DNA from: Lepidodermella squamata
Lineage: Eukaryota; Animalia; Gastrotricha
NCBI GenBank assembly: GCA_047495785.1
Contig: JBLDXI010000015.1
Location: forward strand, 1,612,001-1,676,000
DNA: 64,000 nucleotides
Direction of reading: 5' to 3'
Each line of letters starts with the position of its first letter. The stretch's first letter is position 1. A model generated the notes under the pieces. That model was not told where the DNA came from. It worked only from the letters and a program-made list of their open reading frames with translations, and made no database searches. Made by a program: the position numbers and the translations under genes. Of the stretch, positions 1 through 12,444 are shown piece by piece.

Positions 1-1623
1 ACAGCCAGAGACTCAATAAAAAATAACCACACAAAGCGGTCGATTAAGAAGATCATAAATGCCCAAACGTTTCGCAAATACTTACTCAGAATCACTCAGA
101 AAATGACAAGCCGGCATCACGCAATATTTACCGCATTTTTTCAGCGGAAGTAAAACCTTAATTCAACGCAAAACGAAAAACGTACCAAATTCGTAAACAT
201 CCAAAAAAAGTCTGACATTCGCTGCTAAAATATCCGCAAGGTGGTGATTACGCGGTATAATACTACTTTCCCTCAGTACTCCACATCAGTCAACAATTGC
301 AACGCAGGTATCCCTATGCAATTAGGGGCGCCAGTTAGGTATGCACTGCTTCTATTAAGTTGCTTAATAAAACAGCTCTTTGTAATACAATATAAGTTTC
401 TTATTCTGTGAACCCTTGAAATTTCCAGCCGCAACTCATATACTTGTAATGGCGCGGCTGCTATACTGGTTTAGACTGCCAAGCTTTTTAAGGATTATAA
501 GCTGGGGGATCAGGTGCAGGCAGAGCTGTGGTACATTGAGTTCTATTTGAGTCAAGTTAAAGCCTTTAAATTTCACGGCTTTCACAAATTTTTTGCCTCA
601 CGTAATTATAATTTGTTCGATTGAAAAATCAGTGCTTGGAACTCTAAAACACATGGAAATCCATATTACCTTGAGGCATATTATTTAAAGGTAGAAAAAA
701 TGATCAGCACTGGAATTTTTCTTATCATAGCGCTACCATATTGTTTAGCAATTATTTTTTAAATTACCACTAGCCGCAGAAGCTAAAACATATAGACCAC
801 GTGGCTATGCGTGATACGTGACTAGTTTTTTTCGGACCGTAAAACTGGTATTATAGTCAAGTTTATACGAGCATATTTAATTTTGAATTTTTATATAAGA
901 AATATTAATGAGGAATAATTATTTAAGGGTGATCTACTGTACATTTAAAATTAATATATCGTTTACTTTGCCTACATTTATCGCGAAGCTCCCAGACGTT
1001 CTGCCGTAATTTTCAGGTTGAGGGACATTCTCTCACCCACCCGTCTTCCAACTGCGCGCTGAGCGCATCCTATTTTTCTGTTGAATTTTCTGAAATATTT
1101 TCGAATATTTTTCAAACTTGCCGTGATAACTTCAGCCCAAAACTTAGTATTACAAGTTCATCGGTCTCAATTTGCCTTCTTCAAAACTTGGCTAAAACTT
1201 GGTTAAAAAATAGTTTTTCAACTTAGGGGACACGCTGTATGATTTTCCTTTCACTTCACTCTTCACTTGAGATTTTGACTTCTATGGTAGGCTTTTTTAT
1301 GTGCATAATCATCGAGATCACATCACATTTGCAGCGTAATAAATGTTATGAATTCAAAAATTGTAGCAGCTCAACCGAATATTCGTGGGAGTTCTGAGAG
1401 TGTGGTCTTCCTTTCATGCTTTCGTCCAAAATAATACCTTCCAGTATCTTATTGTTTTACCATCTAGAGATATTGGATACATATGAATCAGTTATTCCAA
1501 AATACCGGAAAAACCTGATCTTATACCGATTAATTTATTGTTTACCGGGCGTGCGCAGTGGAGCGTGTCGGTATTTTTATTACAACCTGCCCGCATCGCC
1601 TGCTCGCCGGCCCGCCCAATACT

Positions 1624-3877
1624 ATGAACAACAACAAAAATAACAACAACAGCCCGGATCAAGCGATACTAGATAGCGATTATTCGTCTTGCACGGTTGC
1701 GCTCTTCACGCTTGTTGGCCGCACTTTCATCCAAGCAGCCACCTTAATGTCCCTCGCAGTGCGGCGACGGCGCGGGTCGTGCGCCCGATTTATCATCAGC
1801 TCAGGCCTAGCTCTAGTCACATTTTACATCGCAATCGCAATTTTGCAACAAGACGGCAATTACAACTCAAATTTCACGTATCAATTAACACCCCAGGGCT
1901 TGTTTGCAATCAACCGTGACGGAGAGCGGAAACCAAATACCGTCAACTTGAACCAGCCTATTGAAATTTCATCACCGAATTGTACCGAGAAAGATGCTGA
2001 GCTATGTGTCTTCCGGAGGCAGTTGATCTCGGCCGAGGACAGGCAGTTATTACGGCTCACTTTTGAAAAATGCTCAAGTGTTCTTATGCAACTCCCGAAA
2101 GCGGCGTACTTCCTCTACGGAACTTCCTTAGTCGGTTATTACCGCCATAATTCATCAATGATTCCGTGAGTTTTTCCGTTCTTTCCCGATATTTCTCTGA
2201 ATTTTAACTATAGTTGGGATGATTTTATCAATATTGCGCTATTTTCTACTGATATCGAGTTCGATTTGGCTAAAACAGTGCGAACATTCCACCACCTGTT
2301 GAAAACTGCCCTACCGCCTGGGGAGTACGGCATGCGATACGACCGGGAGCAGCATATCATCAAATGCTACGGTCTATTGGCGAAAAATTCGCGCCGAATC
2401 GAAGATCCGGCCATTTTCTGGCGTTGGCCTTACATTGAGATTCAAATAATGAATGTAACTCGCAATTCGAGAGGAAAAATTACAACAATAGTGGACCCTA
2501 ACTGGTCTGATTTTTCGGTAATTTTTAAATTCAAAATTAAATTAAATTTCAATTTAGGTTACATTTTTAAAAGATTTACATTTTCAATTTAATTTTTTTT
2601 AATTTTGAAATTATGAAAAAATTACTTTAATTTAATTTAAATCTTAACAATTTGAAATTTTATTTTTAGTACCCTGCTGAAATCGTTTTGCCGTTGAAAT
2701 CTATCGTTTTCGAGGGCTCCCCATCCTATGTCCCAGGCGATCCTTTACTCGCCCTGGAGCGAAACTACAACCCTTACACATGCCGCTCCCAGTATTACAG
2801 CCATCGATTAGAAAAAAGCCTACATTCGTCCGAGATCGTCAGTAGGCCGTGCCAGGATCTGCGGCATTTCGTCAATTTTACAAATCTCGACTTTTACGAC
2901 GACTACAACTCGGGCACGCCGTCGTGCGAGATCGGCAAGCTGAAAGATGACCCGAATCTGTGCGCGTTTTTGCCGCTATTAACGCCTCAGGACAAGGCTA
3001 ATGTTCTCAGGCTGATGTCGGTTTGTGTTGAAATGCTGGAAAAACTTACCGAGGCTAGTTATTTCCTGTACGGTGGGACTTTGATCGGCTACTGGCGACA
3101 TAATGGCACGATGATACCTTGGGATGATGACGGTGAGTGTAAATTTTTTAGGCTTTAGAATATTATTTAAAATTAGTAGGAAAATTAATTTAAATTTTTA
3201 AATTTTGAATTATTTGAATTATAATTAAACTTGTTAATTTTAGTTGATCTTGCCATTGTTCGAAACAATCCTAATCGGAACGAGTCTTTCTACGTTGACC
3301 AGCTGAGGGAGTTGGTCACGGAATACCCGGGCTATGCAATTCACTACATGGAAGATCAAGGCAAGCTGAAATGCTTCGGCACGCTATCGAGTAATTCGCG
3401 TAAAATCGGCCACGGTGAAGATTTCGAATGGCGCTGGCCGTTTGTTGACATTCAACTCATGCGGACCGAATTTGAAGGCGAAAAAATCGCCAATATCAGC
3501 GATCAGTCGGGCTTTGACAATTATTGGGTTAGTAATTCGAAATATAACAATCGTCGAAATTTTTTAAATGTTTTAGTATCCTGGGGATTTAATTTTCCCA
3601 CTGCAACGGGCCACGTTTGAATCATTGCAAGTTTGGGTACCAATTAACATTCAGGCCGCCCTGGAGAGAAATTATGACATTGAGCAGTGCACAGCTCCTT
3701 ATTACAAGTAATTACTGATTTTTCCGCAATTTTTTGAATTTTTACGATTTTTTTGATCGCAGTCATCGATTTGAAAGAGCTGTGGCAGATGAGCGGCAAG
3801 TTTCGCGGCCGTGCGTTCAATTGACCTCGTTGTACACTTTTACAAACATCGACGATCCTTATTACGACGTGTCGTGA
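1624..3877 (+). CDS. Tandem two-domain LicD/fukutin-family protein 1 (type II membrane)
   Basis: Exons 1624 (or ATG 1747)-2165, 2214-2517, 2670-3132, 3244-3527, 3577-3707, 3763-3877, joined by GT-AG introns in frame. Basic patch plus hydrophobic anchor (RRRRGSCARFIISSGLALVTFYIAIAIL). Domain 1 YFLYGTSLVGYYRH..IPWDDFIN; domain 2 YFLYGGTLIGYWRH..IPWDDDVD...WRWPFVDI (LicD-type motif). Confidence 0.9.
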
Positions 3878-4246
3878 TGACCTGACCTACTTCTGCTGGT
3901 GTAAAATTCGGTGCCGCTTTTTATTTCTATATAATTAAACAAACTACTGCGCAATCGGGGTCATGATCATTATTTTAGGCTTTTTCTATCATAATTCGCA
4001 GCGATATCTTGTCATTCAATACTTGGTTTTAATGAGAATAAAAAGGACGCAATCAACGCTGAAAAATTGGTTGAAATGATTAAAAAAAATTCGGGTTTTA
4101 ATTGGGAGTGCGCCACTTTAATTCCGAGTAATAATTCAAAATGTTGCTGTGAAATCTCGGAATTTCCATATTTGATGCGATTTTCCTGGAAAATGTCTGT
4201 CGGACTTGATGTTCACAATGATAATTACAAATGCTTACAGCCTATC

Positions 4247-6386
4247 ATGCCGCAAACTTACCGAAGTCGGCGCAGATTTCGACCGGCGTTTATCATCAAG
4301 TTGAGCCTGATTTTCTGCTCAATTGTGTTGTTATCCTATTTATTCTCGCATTGCGATTTCGACTCATCGGAGGATTACTATCTGTTGAAGTTGAAATTTC
4401 AAAAATATCGCAACATTTCAGCTGAAGAGGTTGAGTATTACGGCGAGGATTGCAGCGAGTCTGATCGCGATTTGTGCATCTTTCGGCGGCAAATCGACGA
4501 CGTGAAAGATTTCAGGCCGATGATGGTGACAACTCTAGAAAATTGTTTGAAAGTTCTCAACATGCTACATGGAACTACACATTTTCTCTACGCGTCTACT
4601 TTGCTCGGATATTATCGGCATAATTCATCAATAGTTCCGTAAGCGAATTTTCTCAATTTTTACAAAATAATCAAAATTCATGAATATTTGTTTTATAAAT
4701 TAAAAAAAAATCAGAAATGTCAAAAAAATTATATTTTAGTTAGCTGATTTCTTTGATTTTTCAGGTGGGACGATAGCTTGAACATAGCTCTCTTGCCTAC
4801 TGGCCATCGGCTTGATACAGCCACAGTTGTTCGAAATTTTCATCGCCTAGTGAAAGAAAAATTCAATCAAGCCGAGAATCAATATTCGATGATTTATAAC
4901 AAAAACGCCAAAGTGATCCTATTTTTCGGCACCAGCCCTCGAAATTCGAAACTCATCGCCAACGGCAATATTCCTCATGTATATTGGCGCTGGCCTTACG
5001 TCGCCGTGCAACTGCTCGAGCCAACTCACGGCCGGCATAGAAAATTGGTTCAAATTACTCAATCGCGCTTCAACACGTCATTCAAAGTCGAGACAATTCT
5101 GCCTGTTCGACAGGTTGTTTTCGAAGGCGTCGAGGTTAACGTACCCCACGACGTTCAGGTCATGCTTGAGCGATTCACGAACCCTGGCCAGTGCCGCAGT
5201 TTGACATTTTCGGCCCGGAAGGGTCGTTTCATCGACAACAGCTTCGTCAAACTTAAGCCATGCTCGGCGTTGGGAAATTTTGTTAAATTCACGAATTTAA
5301 ATCTCGCCAAGCCGAGTGGCCAATTAACGGCCGCTAAGACGCCCCAGTGCCAGATTGGCATCGACCGTGACGACCCACAGTTGTGCCTGTATCTTCCGGT
5401 TCTGAGCCAGGAAGAAAAGTCGAGAATGTTGGAGCTGCTCAGGGTGACTGTTAAAATTCTGGAGAGAGTGAAAGAGTCGCAATATTTCATCTACGCTGGG
5501 ACTTTGATTGGCTACTGGCGGCATAATCAATCGATCATACCTTGGGACGACGATGGTTAGTCAGTAAATGAATTTTTTCTGATTTTTTCAAATTATTTCA
5601 GATTTTTCAGAATTATTCAAAATTTTGAAATTTTGAAATTTTGAAGTTTTGAATTTTGAATTTCTTTCGGATTTTCGGAATTTTATTAATTTTTTTAAAT
5701 TCTGAAAAAATTCATAAATATTGCTAAATTATTATTATTTAAATTATAGCCGATATTGCTTTGGTGCAAATGAATCCTGACCTTGGCGATAATTACTACC
5801 TGCGCCAAATCAAGCACCTCCTGACCGATTATCACGGCTACGACATGAACTACCGAGCTGATCAGCACAAGTTGAAAATATTCGCAGCTTCATCTTCAAA
5901 TTCACGGCGAATCAACCAAGAAACCTACGCGTATGAATACCGATGGCCTTACGTCGACGTTTTCTTCATGCAAAATGAATACTCAGACGCGAATTATGGG
6001 AAAATTGAGTCGATCACCGATCCAAGTGACTCAACATTCAAGGTACACTGACACCTCTTATTTTATCGAATTTATTTAATTTTAAATTTTAGTTCAAAGC
6101 CAGCTGGGTTTTCCCGATTCGATCAGCCATTTTCGAGTCGATCCCTGTGAAAGTGCCTCATCGCATTGAAAAATTTCTCAAGCACACGTATGACCTTCAC
6201 ATGTGCAAGGCCAGCTATTGGAGCCACCGCGACGAAGGCCCTATCGACTGGGACCGCCAAGCTTCGAGACCGTGTCGCCAGCTCGATTTTATGTACAACT
6301 TTACGAATTTGCAGGATAATGATTACTATCACTATGATGATGATGGAAAGAATAATTTGGCCGAATATAATGAAAATGATGATTGA
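4247..6386 (+). CDS. Tandem two-domain LicD/fukutin-family protein 2
   Basis: Exons 4247 (alt ATG 4193)-4638, 4765-5555, 5750-6042, 6093-6386. Anchor AFIIKLSLIFCSIVLLSYLF. Domain 1 IVPWDDSLN; domain 2 YAGTLIGYWRH..IIPWDDDAD...YRWPYVDV. Confidence 0.9.
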
Positions 6387-6590
6387 AATATCAATAAAAT
6401 ACCTGGATTAATAATAAATTATCATCGGGATTTCAAAATAAAAATTAAATGAGAGTGAAAATTTATTTCAAGCGAACAAAATTCACCATTAATTAAAAAT
6501 TCAGATTTTTATTTCAAAATGTAGTGATTTTCATTTATAAAAAAATTTCGAATAAAAAATATGAAATTTTTTAAATTATCCTCTTTAATT

Positions 6591-7510
6591 TTATCCGGAG
6601 CTTCCAGACCAATAGGGATAGCCAAAACCTCCGTTGCCGTTGCCGCTGGATAGAATAAAAACAAATGTTGCGATTTAAGATTTCGGACTAAACTAGCTTA
6701 CCATGGAGCGTAATTGCAGACCAGCATGGTTTTCAGGGTTCCGGCGTTAGCTAGGGCCGTGCACGTTGCACTTCCACATCCTATGTACAAGGTTGTATTC
6801 CAAACTACTTGCGTAAAATGTCCCACAACGGCAGTTGACGGACTTGCACCAGTTCCATAAACCTAAAAGGTGATTTTTTTATATTAAAACAAAATTAATT
6901 AAAATTGTGGAAAATTTCAAAAATATGCAAACAAATTATTTTTTTGTCATTTAAATGTTTTGAATATTCATTCGATTAAATAAAAATTAAATAAAATATT
7001 TTTTTAAAAATTTACCCAATTTTTATATTCTTCGTACCAACTGTCAATACCCGCAGACAAGTCTAAATAGGTCACGGAGGACGCGTAGATATTTTGCCCG
7101 ACACAATTACCCCACGTTGTATTAGCTGGGACCGTTCTTTGGGTACCGCTATCGTGGCTGAAATCACACTGAGCCGCTCGGCGGGCAGCAGTTAACGCCA
7201 GATCAGCATTCCAACTCAGCGATGGCAGAGACGGGCTAGCTGCCGGGGTGACATTAGCGCGATAGGTGTTATGCCGGCTGAGGGTGAGGTCAATAGAAAC
7301 AGGGTTGAAGTACAGAAAACGCGAGTTATTCGTCGAATTGCAAGAGCTGTGGTTGCCTGACGCGCCTGTAATGCAGCTATTGCCACTCGTGGCGTTCGGC
7401 TCCAGATTAGTCAGCGGGAAATCGGTGCCGGGATTTTTAGTCACCGAACTGCAAGCTTTGATGCCTCCGATAACAGCGATGATTAGTAAGGACAATGTGA
7501 AATGGATCAT
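6591..7510 (-). CDS. Secreted CAP/SCP (CRISP/PR-1/GLIPR-like) protein
   Basis: Exons 7510-7016, 6862-6702, 6645-6591. Signal peptide, HNTYRA, LSWN, CDFSH, GQNIY, CAP signature GHFTQVVW, VCNYAPCGN. Confidence 0.9.
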
Positions 7511-7922
7511 TTTGAGGCTGATATGAAATTTAGGCGCACCAATTTCGTGGGATGAAAATTAAACCAACCGCCGAGGCAGCGCGTTGCTATACAGTTTGGG
7601 CATTAGTCATGACGATCGGCTTATAGCGAAGCGCTTTGGTTTAGCGTGAGTAAAGCCGCACGGGTGGTGGCTACAACTTATACAACAGCCCACGCGCATG
7701 AAAAGATTGACGAATGTTCAACTTTCAACTATTTTCAGCTTTGCTTTATTAACCAGTACAGTGAAAATCGCTTATAGGATAGAAAATAGCGCTAGAAAAT
7801 ATTATAGAAATTAAGCCTCAACTCTGTTATTTAACCAAGGTTTGGCGGTAACAATAATTTCAAACCAAAGACACCATTTTTGTATGTAATAAGTTGGGAT
7901 TCGATTGCCAAAATGATGAAGC

Positions 7923-7996
7923 TGCCCCCTGTGAGGATCGAACTCACGACCTCCAGATTATGAGACTGGCGCTCTAGCCAACTGAGCCAAGGAGGC
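7923..7996 (-). tRNA. tRNA-Met(CAT), elongator type
   Basis: Reverse complement gives a cloverleaf GCCTCCT...GGGGGCA, anticodon loop CTCATAA, TTCG T-loop. Confidence 0.93.
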
Positions 7997-8082
7997 GCTT
8001 GTGGTCACCCTGGATCCTATTCTGACTTCGTAATTGAACATTGAACTATCTATTTATCAAAGCTGGGGAAAAATAGAAGCCG

Positions 8083-8154
8083 AGGCCCAGACGGGGATCG
8101 AACCCGCGACCTTCTGTTTACAAGACAGATGCTCTACCACTAAGCTACTGAGCC
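8083..8154 (-). tRNA. tRNA-Thr(TGT)
   Basis: Cloverleaf, anticodon arm TCTGT-CTTGTAA-ACAGA. Confidence 0.93.
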
Positions 8155-8222
8155 GGCTGATAGCTGAGCCCATCGTTGATTTTGGAAGAAGAGCCGGTGT
8201 GTTTATGATGACAAAAAATTGG

Positions 8223-8294
8223 CGACCCAGATGGGACTCGAACCCACAATCTCCGGCTCCGGAGGCCGACGCCTTACCATTAGGCCACTGGGCC
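8223..8294 (-). tRNA. tRNA-Arg(CCG)
   Basis: Cloverleaf, anticodon loop CTCCGGA. Confidence 0.93.
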
Positions 8295-8455
8295 GGCTTG
8301 AAACAGCAAATAGCGAAAGGCGTCCCGTTGAAGGTGAATTATTTCCAGATCCTCTGTTTGACAACAATTCATCTAATTATTTCTCCGCGAGTATAATGCA
8401 TGTGAAAGCAGCGAAATTGAATCACTATTTCGTTTGATACTGCAATGTTCACGAA

Positions 8456-8537
8456 GCTGCTATGCCCGAGTGGTTAAGGGGTCTGACTTGAAATCAGATG
8501 CGGTCTCCGCGCGTAGGTTCAAATCCTACTGGCAGCG
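8456..8537 (+). tRNA. tRNA-Ser(TGA)
   Basis: 82-nt cloverleaf with long variable arm, loop CTTGAAA, downstream T-run. Confidence 0.93.
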
Positions 8538-8838
8538 ATAACATTTTTGGATTTCGATGACGACGATTCATCCGTCAAATCCGATATATCAAGGTTACTC
8601 GGTACCGATACTCGGTTTTTAATTTCCAGTTCCCAAATGCTCTAAATTATTTTCCTGCATCTTCGACCGAAAAAATAAAAGGAACAATTCCGATGAATAA
8701 AAAAAACGTGTGAAATTGATAATGAAATGGCAGAGTCGGATTTATTTTCTGTGTTCAGCACATCTCTGTTACTAAAAACAAAACCAGTTCAAGCTTTACC
8801 TCAAAACTCAAAGAAATGCTTTCAAAATGAAAAAGGGA

Positions 8839-8912
8839 AGGTTCCGGCGGGGTTCGAACCCGCGACCTTCTGCGTGTAAAGCAGACGTGATGAACCACTA
8901 CACAACGGAACC
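8839..8912 (-). tRNA. tRNA-Val(TAC)
   Basis: Cloverleaf, arm TCTGC-TTTACAC-GCAGA. Confidence 0.93.
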
Positions 8913-8979
8913 TGTTGATACTGAGGATCAAATGCACAGCTTTGAAGATTCGTTAAATTTAGTTCTAGTTTCAAAAATT

Positions 8980-9051
8980 TGGAGATGCCGGGGTTTGAAC
9001 CCGGGACATCTTACATGCAAAGCAAGCGCTCTACCACTGAGCTACATCCCC
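8980..9051 (-). tRNA. tRNA-Ala(TGC)
   Basis: Cloverleaf, G3:U70, loop TTTGCAT. Confidence 0.93.
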
Positions 9052-9123
9052 ACATGATTTCAAGGGACCTAAATCCTCTTTAATGGCAATGGGACCTTTT
9101 TGAAGTTTGAAAAAGGTTCGGCG

Positions 9124-9196
9124 AGGTTCCGGCGGGGTTCGAACCCGCGACCTTCTCCGTGTGAAGGAGACGTGATAACCACTACACTACGGAACC
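9124..9196 (-). tRNA. tRNA-Val(CAC)
   Basis: Cloverleaf, arm TCTCC-TTCACAC-GGAGA. Confidence 0.93.
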
Positions 9197-9268
9197 TGGA
9201 TACTAAGTTCAGCTCCGGCGTCAAACACTCGTTTGAAACCTCGATCTTCTGCCAAGCGATAGCAAAAG

Positions 9269-9340
9269 TTCCCTGACCGGGAATCGAACCCGGGCCGCCG
9301 CGGTGAGAACGCGGAATCCTAACCACTAGACCATCAGGGA
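9269..9340 (-). tRNA. tRNA-Glu(CTC)
   Basis: TCCCTGA...TCAGGGAA, loop TTCTCAC. Confidence 0.93.
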
Positions 9341-9413
9341 GCATGAACATGGAATTTGATTAGAATGTGACCTTCGTTAGGAATTAGAATTCTAATTGTC
9401 AAAAAGTTGAAGC

Positions 9414-9487
9414 TGCCCCCTGTGAGGATCGAACTCACGACCTCCAGATTATGAGACTGGCGCTCTAGCCAACTGAGCCAAGGAGGC
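9414..9487 (-). tRNA. tRNA-Met(CAT)
   Basis: Identical to the 7923-7996 copy. Confidence 0.93.
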
Positions 9488-9753
9488 GCTCTTAGAGTTC
9501 GTCTTTTATCTTTACCCTGTAACGGTTTAATAAAGTTACAGTTTTCTATGAAAAAAGATTATCGTGGTCAATGAAATCGTTTAAAACTGAGATAGCATGC
9601 GCTATAGTTTCTGTTATGAGTGTGCATATCCTCCCATTTATTCTCAGAATTTTTTATCGTTGAGATATAGCGTCCATTATCACTATTCCTAATTGCTTGA
9701 TAATTAAAACAGTACGCAGATGCTCTTTGCCCGCCATTGCCAAAGCTTTCACA

Positions 9754-10910
9754 ATGACAGCAACACTAGCACGCCATTTCCTAATTATCGGTGCATTGGT
9801 GGCTATAAATGTTAAACTCAGCCACGCAGTAGAGTGCTACGACGTTTGGGCTGATGGCGATGATAGAAAATTTCCGACAGACAAGACCAATCTCAATAAG
9901 ACTACTTGTGAAGGAGAATTTGCATCATGCTGGGTAGATTACTCTTCATTCATACTACCACAAATTCATAACTTCGATTTTCAGAAAGAGATAGATTACG
10001 AAACTCGGCATTATCCCAACGGATCAAAAGAGATAACAGTAAGGGTCCACTGGGGTTGCAGCAACGGCAGGTGGCCTATTGTTGGATATTTCAAGTGCGG
10101 CGAGCCGAGTGAAGCTAGTTTGGGGACGATCTACGGGATGAATGATAACTTGATAGGGTACCATGCGACCTGCTCCTGCTGCGGTGATCTATGCAACGAC
10201 GAGCGGCTTGACGATCAGTGCAATACCAAGCCTGTATTCGACGGCAGGGAATGCTATTCCAATGCTAATGTGAGTAATGACCCTTTGAATGGAGATAATC
10301 TTTCCATGATGTTTTCAGGCTACTCATTCGAATCCATCGGTTTCAAGTACCGACACTCTGGCAATTCCTATAACTAAGTCCATGGCATGTTTCGTAAGGG
10401 ATTCTATCTGTAATCGCCAGCCGGCTTTATTCAGTTCTTTAGAAAGTATCTCGTAATGACAAGGGTGCGATTGGTTACAAATGGGGCGCAGTAAACTTGC
10501 CGCATGGTACGGAATGCGGTTACAGCGTTAACACAATTGAACCGGGCTACCATGGGAAATTCTGCTCATGTTGCGGAAACATGTGCAATGGCGCTTTAAT
10601 GGACTCAATTACGGCAGACGGGACAAGTTGCGACTTTTCGAGTGGGTCGACCACCCAAGTCCCTGGTTCTACGACCGAGGCGGGTGATGAAGTAACAGAC
10701 ACGGGCCCAGTTGTCGGAGGAGTCTTGGGTACCTTCTTCGCGATTTCAGTTCTAATCATAGCAGCTCTGTCGTATGTTTCACTTTGAATTCGGTTTATCA
10801 AGCCGATTTCCCATTTCTTAAATAGGTATTACATTTACCGGTCAAGGAAGCGTAACTACACCAGATACACTGATCGGATAGAGTATCCTCAAAGTGCAGA
10901 CTTGGAGTAG
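9754..10910 (+). CDS. Type I membrane protein with two Ly6/uPAR (three-finger)-like Cys domains
   Basis: Exons 9754-10269, 10319-10393, 10443-10771, 10826-10910. Signal peptide; two domains starting ECY and ending CSCCGxxCN; TM VVGGVLGTFFAISVLIIAALSYYIY; short Tyr-containing tail. Confidence 0.75.
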
Positions 10911-11781
10911 CCGAAAGAATGATTCAGTGGGTAACAGATGATACTGCGACCATAATTTTTTGGCTTGTAAACATGTTCGTTGTTCGTTTAATAAACCCAA
11001 AGAAACTTAGTGCCTGCTTGTTATACCGAATTGAGACAATTCATAGGAGCAATTAGGAAAGAAAAATAAAGTATTTTCCAAAACTACATTCTGGGCTTTA
11101 ATGGGCTTTAATGGGCTTTATATGGGTTTCAGCTTTTCTCAAGTTTTCCAGTCAGATTCTTTTGAGCTATCGAAAGCCGCTTTCCGGAAGTCCGGACGAT
11201 CTTCATCAGGTACCCGATTTACATGGGTAATTTTGAGGTCATATTGACTCCGGGCCAGAATTAGGTGCTGGGGCAACTCATCCTGGTGTATCCATACCTC
11301 AAGTTGAGTGTCAATTAAATTTGCTACTATCTTGCTTTGCCATCACGGAAGCAGCAGCAGACAGAGACTACAATTAACTGCATGACAAATTCGCGCTCGC
11401 AGCCAGGTATAGCAAAGCTTGTGCAGCTCATTGTGTTGCCTCCATTACGAGTAATAATAGCTGCCAGCTCAGCAACAATGCCACAAAGCTGAAAATAACA
11501 ACTATAGTAATATGAAGACGTGCGCACGAATTTCTCGTGGACACTTGTTCGGAGGAGTTGCACAGTTAAATTTTAGCTCAGCAAACCAAAATGACGTATA
11601 TTGTTTTTTTGCGTGAAACCCTGATGGTGATGCTTTCTTCGCTTGTTTCCCTTCCCCTTCGGCATGCTTGACACATCGTTGGCTCGACTTGAGCGGGTTT
11701 ATCGGGTCGATTCTCTCCTCTCTTATAAACTCTCTTATCCCAGCTACGGATCAATTTCAAGGGTTCAGGGTTAAAGTTGAA

Positions 11782-11812
11782 GTTAGGGTTAGGATTAGGG
11801 TTAGGGTAAGGG
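11782..11812 (+). repeat. Short interstitial TTAGGG-like repeat
   Basis: gttagggttaggattagggttagggtaaggg. Confidence 0.7.
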
Positions 11813-11864
11813 GCTGCTTATATATGCAAGTGAGGGTCATTCATACTGAAATAAAGTTCCTTCA

Positions 11865-12032
11865 ATTCTCTATCAAATAGTTATAGGGTTTTCGCATATA
11901 TAGAAATCAATGGAAAGAAGCATTTTAAATTTTGCGGACAGGTTGAGAGCGCGCGCTCTTCCATTCAGAAATTTGGTGTGCGCATAAATGAATTTTTATA
12001 TGCGAGAACGCTATATCTATTTGATAGAGAAT
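11865..12032. mobile_element. MITE-like inverted repeat
   Basis: ~36-bp imperfect TIRs (attctctatcaaatag...cgcatata / tatatgcg...ctatttgatagagaat) with central palindrome agagcgcgcgctct. Confidence 0.6.
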
Positions 12033-12444
12033 AGTCGTGCCTTTACTTTGGCTTTCGCCTGAATAGTCAGAGCTACCCTATTGACTGAGAACGCAAGACA
12101 CTGAAATTGACGAAAATTTGCGCACGCAAGTCTCTTTCCCCCCCGGCTGTGATGTCGGGGTTTGCACGAAACCAAGGGGCTGGGAATAGGTTATAAGACC
12201 TATAGGCTAGAGGAAATAAATCTCGCAAAGCTATCTCGATCGATTATACTTGCTTTACCGGTAAACGACCCGCTGCAGGAATGACTCGTTCGAATCGTTC
12301 GATATTTCACTGAGTTAAGCCTACTGAGTAACTGAGTTGATGCGAGTAAAAAACCGAGGGTCATGATGTCTTTTATTGCCAGAATTTTACATAAAATTCG
12401 TAGCACACGACAAATTCGTTGTCCAAGCTTGACAAGCCCTCGAA

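Noticed and set aside
798-826. Hairpin plus CTAG-T resembling a Helitron 3' end
   Set aside because: Hairpin is short and wobble-dependent; no 5' end or second copy in the window
8034-9350. ORFs overlapping tRNA clusters (also 29932-31881, 45760-45972, 62992-63629)
   Set aside because: They are translations of tRNA genes, not proteins
11165-11215. Minus-strand CTGATGA...GATAGCTC resembling a Penelope-type hammerhead ribozyme (similar at ~39605-39632)
   Set aside because: The GAAA core is altered or misplaced and convincing stems I and III could not be built
11782-11812. TTAGGG repeats as a telomere or fusion site
   Set aside because: Only about five degenerate units in one orientation; typical of repeat debris
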